Made by a program: the position numbers and the translations under genes
Assembly (NCBI GenBank): GCA_035711385.1
Contig: DASTCG010000026.1
Span: 2,133-66,132 of the forward strand
DNA length: 64,000 bases
Direction: 5' to 3'
Source of the DNA: Gaiellaceae bacterium
Lineage (GTDB): Bacteria > Actinomycetota > Thermoleophilia > Gaiellales > Gaiellaceae
Shown here: piece by piece, positions 35,501 to 43,264 of the stretch
How the letters are laid out: every line of letters starts with the position of its first letter
Position numbering within the stretch: the stretch's first letter is position 1
Notes under the pieces: model-generated
What the model saw: the letters and a program-made list of their open reading frames with translations, nothing else
The model's database searches: none
Told to the model about the DNA's origin: nothing

Positions 35501-37102
35501 ATGGACTCTCCACACGCGCACCCTGCGATCCGTCTGGCCGCGGCCATCCTCCCGATCGTGGGAGCCGCCGCCCTCGCCGTGCCCGCGGCGGCGTTCTCGG
35601 CGTCTTCCTCGCCCTCGGCACCGGACACGGCGGTCGTCACGTATCGGAGCCGCACCGCCCTCCGCCGGGCGCTCGACCGCTACCCGGCGCACATCGTTCG
35701 ACGTCTCCCCGACGTCGGTTCCGTGGAAGTGCGGCCCAGCGACCTCCGCAGCTTCACGGCGGCAGTGTCACGCCTTTCGGGGATCGTCTCGGTGGAGGCG
35801 CCGGAGCGGCGCTTCTCCGCGAGCGAGCCGGGCCTGACGGCGATGTACTCGGCCGGGGTGCCGTACCAGTGGCAGTACGCGGCGACCAGGGCGAGCTCCG
35901 TGCCGGATACCGTGCTCCGGGCGGCGGCCGGCGTGAAGATCGCCGTCGTCGACACGGGCGCCGACGTGACCGCGCCCGACCTGGCCGCGAAGAGCCTGGA
36001 GACGTACAGCGTCCTCGACGGCGGCACCGACATCAGGGACCTTCACGGCCACGGCACCTTCGTCGCCTCGATCGCCGGCGGCTCGGTCTCGAACGGCGAG
36101 GGCATCGCGGGATTCGGCGGCGACGCGCAGCTACTGCTCGTCCAGTCCGGCCGCGCGGATGGGTCCTTCACCGACGTCGACGAGGCCGACGCGATCGTCT
36201 ACGCGGTGAACCACGGCGCGAAGATCATCAACCTGTCGATCGGAGGGACGCAGACGTCCTCCGTCGAGAAGAAGGCGCTCTCCTACGCGGCCGAGCACGG
36301 CGTCCTGGTCGTCGCGGCTGCAGGCAACGAGTACGGAGACGGCAACCCGGTCGAGTACCCGGCCGCGCTCCTCCAGCCGGTGGGCTCCAGAGGGCGAGGC
36401 GGGTTCGGCCTCTCGGTCGGGGCGACGACGAAGGCGGGCAACCGGGCGTCGTTTTCGAACACCGGCTCCTGGATCTCGCTCGCCGCTCCCGGGGAGAACG
36501 TCCTCGGCGCTCTCTCGAGCTACTCCAAGGCGCGGGAGTGGCCGCGCTATCCGCTTCCCGGCTCGAGCCAGGGCCTCTACGGCTTCGCGAGCGGCACGTC
36601 GTTCGCGGCCCCCCAGGTCGCCGGCGCCGCGGCGCTCGTGTGGGCGGCGAACCCGTCGCTCGATCGGGATCAGGTGTCCTGGATCCTCAAGCGGACCGCG
36701 TCCAACGACGGATGGTGGACGAAGGGCCTCGGCTACGGCGTCCTGGACGTCGGCCGTGCGGTCGCGACGGCGCAGGCAGGCGGCGAGATCGCGCCGCCCG
36801 CGCGCGCCCTCGCCTCGTTGCGCGTGCTCCGGAAGCAGGCGCGGCGGATGCGCGTTCGCGTCCGCGCCAGGCTCGGCTCGCGCCTCGCGGCGATCTCACC
36901 CGCAGGCCGCGGCGTGGCGCTCCAGCTTCGCCGGAATGGAGGGTGGCATGGGATCGCGCGCGCCCGGACCAAGGCCGGCGGCCGCGTCGTCCTGAAGGCT
37001 CGTCTTCGCCCGGGGCGCTACGTCCTGCGCGTCCGGTACGCCGGCGCGCCCGAGCTGGCGGCCGCGGTCTCCGGCCGGCTCGTTCTCCGTGTGCGGCGCT
37101 AG
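35501..37102 (+). CDS. secreted S8-family (subtilisin-like) serine peptidase
   Basis: Signal peptide, and catalytic triad VVDTGAD / HGHGTFVAS / GTSFAAPQVAG. C-terminal Arg-rich Ig-like tail. Start at ATG 35501. Confidence 0.9.
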   Translation: MDSPHAHPAIRLAAAILPIVGAAALAVPAAAFSASSSPSAPDTAVVTYRSRTALRRALDRYPAHIVRRLPDVGSVEVRPSDLRSFTAAVSRLSGIVSVEAPERRFSASEPGLTAMYSAGVPYQWQYAATRASSVPDTVLRAAAGVKIAVVDTGADVTAPDLAAKSLETYSVLDGGTDIRDLHGHGTFVASIAGGSVSNGEGIAGFGGDAQLLLVQSGRADGSFTDVDEADAIVYAVNHGAKIINLSIGGTQTSSVEKKALSYAAEHGVLVVAAAGNEYGDGNPVEYPAALLQPVGSRGRGGFGLSVGATTKAGNRASFSNTGSWISLAAPGENVLGALSSYSKAREWPRYPLPGSSQGLYGFASGTSFAAPQVAGAAALVWAANPSLDRDQVSWILKRTASNDGWWTKGLGYGVLDVGRAVATAQAGGEIAPPARALASLRVLRKQARRMRVRVRARLGSRLAAISPAGRGVALQLRRNGGWHGIARARTKAGGRVVLKARLRPGRYVLRVRYAGAPELAAAVSGRLVLRVRR

Positions 37103-38379
37103 TTCTCGACGCGGTCGATCTTCGCGCCGAGGGCACGCAGGCGCTCGTCGATGCGCTCGTAGCCTCGATCGATCTCGCCGACGTTTCCGATCGTGGAGAT
37201 GCCGTCGGCGCACAGGCTCGCGATCAGCATCGCCATTCCTGCGCGGATGTCCGGGCTCGCCATTCGCTGGCCATAGAGCTTCGCCGGGCCGGTGACTACG
37301 GCCCTGTGGGGATCGCAGAGGATGATCCGCGCCCCCATCGAGACCAGCTTGTCCACGAAGAACAGGCGGTTCTCGAACATCTTCTCGAAGATCAGCACCG
37401 TCCCCCGCGCCTGCGTCGCCACGGCGAGTGCGATGGAGGTGAGGTCGGCCGGGAAGGCCGGCCAGGGGCCGTCCTCGATTTTCGGGATCTGGTCGCCGAG
37501 ATCGTCCTCGATCATCAGCTCCTGGCCGGGAGGCACGCGGACGCTCGAGTCGGCGAGCTCGACCTCGACGCCGAGCCGCCGGAAGACCGGGAGGATCGGG
37601 GCCAGGTCGTCGATCTCCACCCCGTCGATCGTCATGTCTCCCCCGGTGACGGCCGCGAGGCCGATGAAGCTCGCGACCTCGATGTGCTCGGGCCCGATCC
37701 GCCACTCGCCGCCGCCGAGCTGCTGAACGCCGCGGACGCGCAGGACGTTCGAGCCGATTCCCTCGATTTGCGCCCCGAGCGCGCCGAGGAACCGGCAGAG
37801 GTCCTGGACGTGCGGCTCGCAGGCCGCGTTCCGGATCACCGTCTCCCCAGTCGCGAGCGTCGCCGCCATCAACGCGTTCTCCGTCGCCATCACGCTCGCC
37901 TCGTCGAGGAAGATCCGCCGGCCCAGAAGCCCCGGCGTGCGCATGTCGAAGCGGCCGTTGAGCTCGATCTCGACGCCGAGCTCGGCCAATGCGTGGATGT
38001 GCGGGTCGAGCCGCCGGCGGCCGATGACGTCGCCGCCCGGAGGCGGGACGCTGGCTCGGCCGAAACGCGCCAGCAAGGGGCCGGCGAGGAGGAAGGAGGC
38101 CCGGATCTGGCTGCAGAGCTCGGGGTCCAGCTCGGTCTTGTGCGCCTGCGCCGGGTCGACGCGCAGCTCGTTCGGTCCCAGCCACTCGACGTCGGCGCCC
38201 AGGTCGGCGAGGAGCGCGACCATGGTGTCGACGTCGCGGATTCGAGGCACGTTCGAGAGCGTCACCGGCTCGCTCGCCAGCAGCGTCGCAGCGAGGATCG
38301 GCAGTGCGCCGTTCTTGTTCCCGGCTGCCGAGACGCGGCCGCCGAGGGGCGCTCCGCCCTCGATCACGAAGCTCTCCAT
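37099..38379 (-). CDS. murA: UDP-N-acetylglucosamine 1-carboxyvinyltransferase
   Basis: MESFVIEGGAPLGGRVSAAGNKN N-terminus and conservation throughout. The 984-aa ORF upstream extension is an Arg/Pro-rich artefact. Confidence 0.95.
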   Translation of the reverse strand: MESFVIEGGAPLGGRVSAAGNKNGALPILAATLLASEPVTLSNVPRIRDVDTMVALLADLGADVEWLGPNELRVDPAQAHKTELDPELCSQIRASFLLAGPLLARFGRASVPPPGGDVIGRRRLDPHIHALAELGVEIELNGRFDMRTPGLLGRRIFLDEASVMATENALMAATLATGETVIRNAACEPHVQDLCRFLGALGAQIEGIGSNVLRVRGVQQLGGGEWRIGPEHIEVASFIGLAAVTGGDMTIDGVEIDDLAPILPVFRRLGVEVELADSSVRVPPGQELMIEDDLGDQIPKIEDGPWPAFPADLTSIALAVATQARGTVLIFEKMFENRLFFVDKLVSMGARIILCDPHRAVVTGPAKLYGQRMASPDIRAGMAMLIASLCADGISTIGNVGEIDRGYERIDERLRALGAKIDRVEN

Positions 38380-38433
38380 CAGGGCGTTCGGGATGAGGGT
38401 GGTCGACACGAGCGGAGTATGGTACTGGCCGGT

Positions 38434-39009
38434 ATGGAGGTCACTCGCGACCGGGCCTGGGACACGCTTACCCGTTACACGCAGAGCGAAGCGCTCCTGC
38501 GCCATGCCCTGGCCGTCGAGGCGGCGGTGCGGGCTTACGCGCGGAAGCTCGGCGGCGACGAGGAGTTCTGGGGCTGCGCGGCGCTCCTCCACGACTTCGA
38601 CTACGAGATCCACCCGACGCTCGACAAGCATCCACAGGACGGCGCCGCGATCCTGCGGGAGGAGGGCTATCCCGAGGAGCTGATCGAGACCGTGCTGTCG
38701 CACGCCGAGCACCTCGCGATGCCGCGCGACACGGAGCTCAAGAAGGCGCTCTTCGCGTGCGACGAGCTCGCCGGATTCGTCCACGCGTGCGGCCTCGTGC
38801 GCCCGGACGGGATCGAGACGCTCACGACGAGGTCGGTGAAGAAGAAGCTCAAGCAGCCGTCCTTTGCGGCCGGAGTCCACCGGGACGAGGTGTACGCCGG
38901 CGCCGAGCTCCTCGGCGTCGACTTCGACGAGCACGTCCAAACAGTGATCGATGCGATGAAGCCGATCTCGCAGGAGCTCGGGCTGCGGACGGCGGCTGAC
39001 GCGGCATGA
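38434..39009 (+). CDS. HD-domain metal-dependent phosphohydrolase (HDIG-like)
   Basis: ALLHDFDY and HAEH motifs, ~190 aa. ATG 38434 is preferred and ATG 38419 is the alternative. It sits at the end of a 1218-aa artefactual ORF. Confidence 0.8.
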   Translation: MEVTRDRAWDTLTRYTQSEALLRHALAVEAAVRAYARKLGGDEEFWGCAALLHDFDYEIHPTLDKHPQDGAAILREEGYPEELIETVLSHAEHLAMPRDTELKKALFACDELAGFVHACGLVRPDGIETLTTRSVKKKLKQPSFAAGVHRDEVYAGAELLGVDFDEHVQTVIDAMKPISQELGLRTAADAA

Positions 39010-39392
39010 CGCCGCGCTTCGAGGCCGTCGGCACCATCGTCTCGGACATGGCGCGGGCGCTCGCGTTCTACCGGCAGCTCGGCCTCGAGTTCCCCGAGGG
39101 CGCGGACGCCGAGGGTCATGCCGAGGCTTCGGTGGCGGGCGTCCGGTTGATGTTCGACACGGAGGCGGTGATCCGCTCGTTCGATCCGGACTGGGAGCCG
39201 CCGTCGGGCGGTCACCGCTCGTCGCTTGCCTTCCGCTGTGACTCGGCCGGCGAGGTGGACGCCGCGTACGCGGCGCTCCTCGAGCACGGCGGGACGAGCC
39301 ACAAGGAGCCGTGGGATGCGTTCTGGGGCATGCGCTACGCGCAGGTTCGCGATCCCGACGGCAACCTCGTCGACCTCTTCGCCGACCTGTAG
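39006..39392 (+). CDS. VOC-family (glyoxalase/bleomycin-resistance fold) protein
   Basis: 128 aa with a paired beta-alpha-beta-beta-beta pattern, ...YAQVRDPDGNLVDLF at the C-terminus. ATGA overlap with the HD gene. Confidence 0.8.
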   Translation: MTPRFEAVGTIVSDMARALAFYRQLGLEFPEGADAEGHAEASVAGVRLMFDTEAVIRSFDPDWEPPSGGHRSSLAFRCDSAGEVDAAYAALLEHGGTSHKEPWDAFWGMRYAQVRDPDGNLVDLFADL

Positions 39393-39407
39393 CCGGACCA
39401 GGGGCGC

Positions 39408-39564
39408 TCGACCCGGTGGGTCGTCTGTCCCGGACAGCCTCCGCAGGCTCGCCGCTGCACGAGCATGCCCCCGCCCAGCATCTCTCGGCGCCTTGTGGGG
39501 CATTCGTCACGCTTCCGGCACTAAGGCCCTGGCCCTGCGGGCCACGGCCGAGGGACAGTCCCTC
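39408..39564 (+). repeat. 157-nt intergenic repeat, copy A
   Basis: Shares the length and conserved blocks of 56681-56837: TCGACC(C/G)GGTG(G/A)GTCGTC, GGACAGC(C/T)TCCGC(A/C)GGCTCGCCGC, GCCCAGCA, TTCGTCAC, and the identical terminal palindrome CCGAGGGACAGTCCCTC. Confidence 0.6.
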
Positions 39565-39572
39565 GCGCGCCG

Positions 39573-40664
39573 TCAGCCGGCGAGGCGACCGAGCCCCGCC
39601 ACCAGCCGCCTCAGGTCGTCCTCGCTCGTCCAGTAGCCGCACGAGGCACGCAGGAGGCCGGTTCCGGGGAGGTCCCGGATGACGACACCGTCCGCGTACA
39701 GCTGCTCGACCGCCGCCGTCGTGTCGGCCTCCCACCGGAACGCCACCAGGGTTCCGTGCCCCGGCTCCGTGACCACGGCGTGACCGGCGTCGAGCAGAAG
39801 CCCCCGGCAGCGCTCGGCCAGCTCGCGCCCGCGCTCGAAGCGCCACTCCGGCGTCGCCGCAAGCGCGGCCTCGAGCCCCGCGATGGAGGAGCTCGAGATC
39901 CAGTTCTGCTCGAATCGGGCGGCGCCGTCTCTCGGTACGAAAGCCCCGTTCGCCTCGTACGACGCCTGCGAGAAGTAGCTGGGAGAGCCGACACGCAGCC
40001 CATCCGGATCCCGCACGTACAGGGCGCCTGTCGAGACCGGGCCGCACAGCCATTTCTGCCCCGAGACGGTGTAGAAGTCGAACGGCTCGGCGGCGACCGG
40101 AATCGCTCCGACCGACTGCGCGCCGTCCACGAGCAACGGGACGGAGACGGCGTCCTTCAGCTCGTCCAGCGGCACGACATGCCCCGTGATCCAGAGCACG
40201 TGGGAGACGGCGATCAGCCTCGTCCGCGGCGTGACCTCCCCCAGGATCGCTTCGAGCGCCTCGGCCGCCGGGCGGTCGCGGAGCGCTGCGACGCGAACGT
40301 TCGCGCCCGATGCGTGCAAGGGGCCGAGCATCCCGAAGTGCTCGGCGTCCGTCGTGACCACCTCGTCGCCCGGCCCGACTTCGAGCCCGGCGAGGACGAT
40401 GCGGCAGGCTTCCGACGTCGACGTGGTGAGGGCGATCCGCCCCGCATCGACGCCGATCTCGCCCGCGATCAAGGCCCGCAACCGCTCTCGGGAGGCCAGG
40501 ATCGCCCGGAACGCCTCCAGGCCGCCACGCGGGCCGAGCTCGGCCTTCGCCTCCGCCGCCATCGCGTCGTACGTGGAGCGTGCCATCGGCCCCATCGAGC
40601 CGGCGTTGAGGTACGCCCAGCGCTCGAGGACCGGAAAGGCGGCGCGTGCATCCGCGAAGGTCAT
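39573..40664 (-). CDS. class V aminotransferase / cysteine-desulfurase-like PLP enzyme
   Basis: FPVLERWAYLNAGSMGP N-terminus, and the PLP-Lys region YTVSGQKWLCGP. ATG 40664 forms an ATGA overlap with the upstream stop. Confidence 0.85.
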   Translation of the reverse strand: MTFADARAAFPVLERWAYLNAGSMGPMARSTYDAMAAEAKAELGPRGGLEAFRAILASRERLRALIAGEIGVDAGRIALTTSTSEACRIVLAGLEVGPGDEVVTTDAEHFGMLGPLHASGANVRVAALRDRPAAEALEAILGEVTPRTRLIAVSHVLWITGHVVPLDELKDAVSVPLLVDGAQSVGAIPVAAEPFDFYTVSGQKWLCGPVSTGALYVRDPDGLRVGSPSYFSQASYEANGAFVPRDGAARFEQNWISSSSIAGLEAALAATPEWRFERGRELAERCRGLLLDAGHAVVTEPGHGTLVAFRWEADTTAAVEQLYADGVVIRDLPGTGLLRASCGYWTSEDDLRRLVAGLGRLAG

Positions 40665-41443
40665 GCGACAGCGACCTCCACCTCGACGGGTGCGTGGTCG
40701 GAGAGCGCCAACGGGCCGAGCCTGCGCCGCTCCGGCGTCCAGCGGTCGTACGGACTCGTCGTGGCGCGGAGGGCGAGCACGTGGTCGACCCCCGGCCCCG
40801 GCCTCGTGTAGCCGTCGAGTCGATCGATCACGACCGACCGGGCCGTATCGATGTTGAAGTCGCCGGCGAGGACGACCGGGCCTCCGCCGAGCCGCGCCGC
40901 CCACGCGGCGGCCCGAGCGACCTCGGCGTCCGGCACGCGTGGGTTCCGCGCCTTCGTCGCATGCAGATTCGCCACGACCAGCCCCCCGTCGAGCCGCACC
41001 GCGATGCACTGGCGCCGCTCCTTCGCCCACGCGAGCTGCGAGACGAGCGAGAGGCGGAGCCGCCGTCCCTCGCGCAGCCGGAAGCACAGAGGGTTCAAGG
41101 TCAGGACGTGGCGCGCGAGGATCGCACGCCGACGTGAGACGAGGATTGCGTTCGCCTGCCCTTCGAAGCCGGAGCGGAAGAGCCCCGGATGGCGGTCGGT
41201 GATCGACCTCCCGAGCGCGACCGTCGACGGCAGCGGCCCGATCGTGGGTCGCGCCGCGACCTCGCCGTAGACCTGCATCCCACTCCAGTCGGCGATCGGC
41301 CCCAGGGCCCAGGGAGGTACCTCCTGGAGGCACACGACGTCCGGACCGTCCCGCGTCAGCAGCCGGATCATCTCTTCGACGTACCGGCGCCGACCCGGAG
41401 GGACGGTATTTCCGTGGAAGATGTTCCAGGTCCGGACGACCAC
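40661..41443 (-). CDS. endonuclease/exonuclease/phosphatase (EEP) family protein
   Basis: WNIFHG, DVVCLQEV, GDFN and SDHAPV motifs. Confidence 0.85.
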   Translation of the reverse strand: MVVRTWNIFHGNTVPPGRRRYVEEMIRLLTRDGPDVVCLQEVPPWALGPIADWSGMQVYGEVAARPTIGPLPSTVALGRSITDRHPGLFRSGFEGQANAILVSRRRAILARHVLTLNPLCFRLREGRRLRLSLVSQLAWAKERRQCIAVRLDGGLVVANLHATKARNPRVPDAEVARAAAWAARLGGGPVVLAGDFNIDTARSVVIDRLDGYTRPGPGVDHVLALRATTSPYDRWTPERRRLGPLALSDHAPVEVEVAVA

Positions 41444-41463
41444 GGCGGTACTGTAGGGACGCC

Positions 41464-41769
41464 GTGGGCGGCCGCTTCGCAGAAGTGATCGCGCGTCAGC
41501 TCGACCTCTTCGAGGAGCAGGACGCGGCCTTCCTGCGACGGGTCGACGAGGCCGAGCGCGCCTACGACGAGGCCGACCGCGAGGACGCCGAGGAGGTCTA
41601 CGGCCGCTACCAGGAGCTCGTCGAGCACGGAACGGAGGCGCTCGCGGAGATGCGGGACGCCTACGGGGGCACGCTCGACCCGGGCGACGCCGAGGAGTAC
41701 GCCGGGGAATTCAACGAGGCCGTGATCGAGCGGCTTCCACGTTTCGGGCTCGAGATCGAGGAGCTCTAG
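41464..41769 (+). CDS. small acidic hypothetical protein (101 aa)
   Basis: GTG start, good GC3 bias, helical and acidic composition, no recognised domain. Confidence 0.55.
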   Translation: MGGRFAEVIARQLDLFEEQDAAFLRRVDEAERAYDEADREDAEEVYGRYQELVEHGTEALAEMRDAYGGTLDPGDAEEYAGEFNEAVIERLPRFGLEIEEL

Positions 41770-41832
41770 TCACTCCGGCTCTCGGCGGTTCACTCGCGGA
41801 CCGCCCCGACTGTGCTGTCGGAGTCGAGCCGG

Positions 41833-42351
41833 CTATGCCTCGGCCCGCTCCTTCTCGGGATGACCGGGAGTGACGGCCCGTCCGGTGGGCTCCTCCACGA
41901 GGTTCAGCACCCGCATGCCGTGAGTGAAGACGATGGCGCCGCCGAGCCACCCGCCGAGCGTCAGGAAACCGAAGCCGATCAGCGTCAGCGCGAGCGCGCC
42001 ACTGCCGACGGCACGGTCGACGTAGTCGCCGTGCCCCACGATCGCGGCCAGCAGGAAGAACACCGTCGCGGTCACCATCGAGCTCAGGTGGAGCGTGGCC
42101 GTCCGCCACAGCGGCGTCCCTCGGGAGATCCCGAGCCATTCCACGAGCCCGGTGAGGGCCGTCGGGACGGTGAAGACCAAGCCGGTGACGAGCAACAGCC
42201 ACCAGGCCGTCGCCGTGTTCCGCTCGCTCACTCCGAGCGCCGAGAGCACGCCGAGCGCCGTGGCGCCCGTGTACACCCCCACCGTCACATCGGTCAGCGG
42301 CGGGTGGAGAGGATGGCCGGGAAAGCCCTTGACGAGAACGCTCAATCTCAT
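41833..42351 (-). CDS. DUF2231-domain membrane protein
   Basis: N-terminus HPLHPPLTDVTVG followed by four TM helices. Confidence 0.75.
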   Translation of the reverse strand: MRLSVLVKGFPGHPLHPPLTDVTVGVYTGATALGVLSALGVSERNTATAWWLLLVTGLVFTVPTALTGLVEWLGISRGTPLWRTATLHLSSMVTATVFFLLAAIVGHGDYVDRAVGSGALALTLIGFGFLTLGGWLGGAIVFTHGMRVLNLVEEPTGRAVTPGHPEKERAEA

Positions 42352-42479
42352 CTCGCCTCCTTTGTGTCCCCAGGGATGGGAATTCTTACTCGCGCCTTGA
42401 CCGAGCCCGTGACGTAGACGGCCGCCGGATCGCCTGGCATATTCCGTTGAGAGGTTTCAACTTTCGACAAGGGGGTCTC

Positions 42480-43211
42480 ATGCTCAGACGCCGTCTCTGG
42501 CCGGTAGCCGTCGCGCTCGCCGCTGTCATCGGCTTCGGTGCCGCGCCGGCCTCGGCCTCGCACTCGTGGGGCGACTATCACTGGGCCCGCACGGCGAACC
42601 CGTTCACCGTGCCGCTCGGCGACAATCTCACGGCGGATTGGAAGCCGCGCCTCGGCGTCGCGTCCGCCGACTGGTCGGCTTCGTCCGTCCTCGACTCGCC
42701 CGTCGTCGCTGGGAGCGGCGGCAAGAACTGCAAGGCGTCAGACGGCAGCATCCAGGTCTGCAACAGGCGCTACGGCTACAACGGCTGGCTCGGCGTCGCG
42801 CAGATCTGGACGTCGGGAAGCCACATCCTCAGGGCGACCGCGAAGATGAACGACTCGTACCTCTCGTCGGCGACCTACAGCAACACGAACAAGCAGCACG
42901 TCCTCTGCCAGGAAGTCGGCCACGGGTATGGCCTTGACCATCAGGACGAGTCGGGCGCCGACCTGAACACGTGCATGGACTACTCGTCCGCGCTCGACAA
43001 CCCGCACCCGAACCAGCACGACTACGAGCAGCTCGAGACGATCTACAACAGCCACCTCGACTCGACGAGTACCGTCGGCTCGGCCTCGGCAGCGTCCGGC
43101 CGCGTCGTGTTCCGGCGCGACGGGCTCCGGAGCTCGTACGTTGTCGAGGATCTCGGCCGCGGCTTCCGCCTGCATACGTTCGTCTTCCACGCGGTTCCTG
43201 GACTGCCCTAG
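42480..43211 (+). CDS. secreted metzincin-like protein with variant QExxHxxGxxH motif
   Basis: ATG 42480 preceded by GGGGG. Signal peptide ending ASASHS. CQEVGHGYGLDHQ resembles HExxHxxGxxH but has Gln at the first His position. Confidence 0.65.
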   Translation: MLRRRLWPVAVALAAVIGFGAAPASASHSWGDYHWARTANPFTVPLGDNLTADWKPRLGVASADWSASSVLDSPVVAGSGGKNCKASDGSIQVCNRRYGYNGWLGVAQIWTSGSHILRATAKMNDSYLSSATYSNTNKQHVLCQEVGHGYGLDHQDESGADLNTCMDYSSALDNPHPNQHDYEQLETIYNSHLDSTSTVGSASAASGRVVFRRDGLRSSYVVEDLGRGFRLHTFVFHAVPGLP

Positions 43212-43225
43212 CGTCCGAGTCGTCA

Positions 43226-43259
43226 CGTGGCGCGGTGAGTGCACGCTCGCCGCGCCACG
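43226..43259. terminator. GC-rich hairpin between convergent genes (terminator-like, no U-tract)
   Basis: 10-bp stem CGTGGCGCGG / CCGCGCCACG, located between the metzincin-like gene and dnaE2. Confidence 0.4.
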
Positions 43260-43264
43260 CGGCG

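Noticed and set aside
35120-40053. Giant ORFs 35353..39009 (1218 aa, plus), 37099..40053 (984 aa, minus), 36896..38185 and 39573..41333
   Set aside because: Only the terminal parts correspond to real proteins (HD-domain protein, MurA, class V aminotransferase). The remainders are low-complexity read-through across other well-supported genes.
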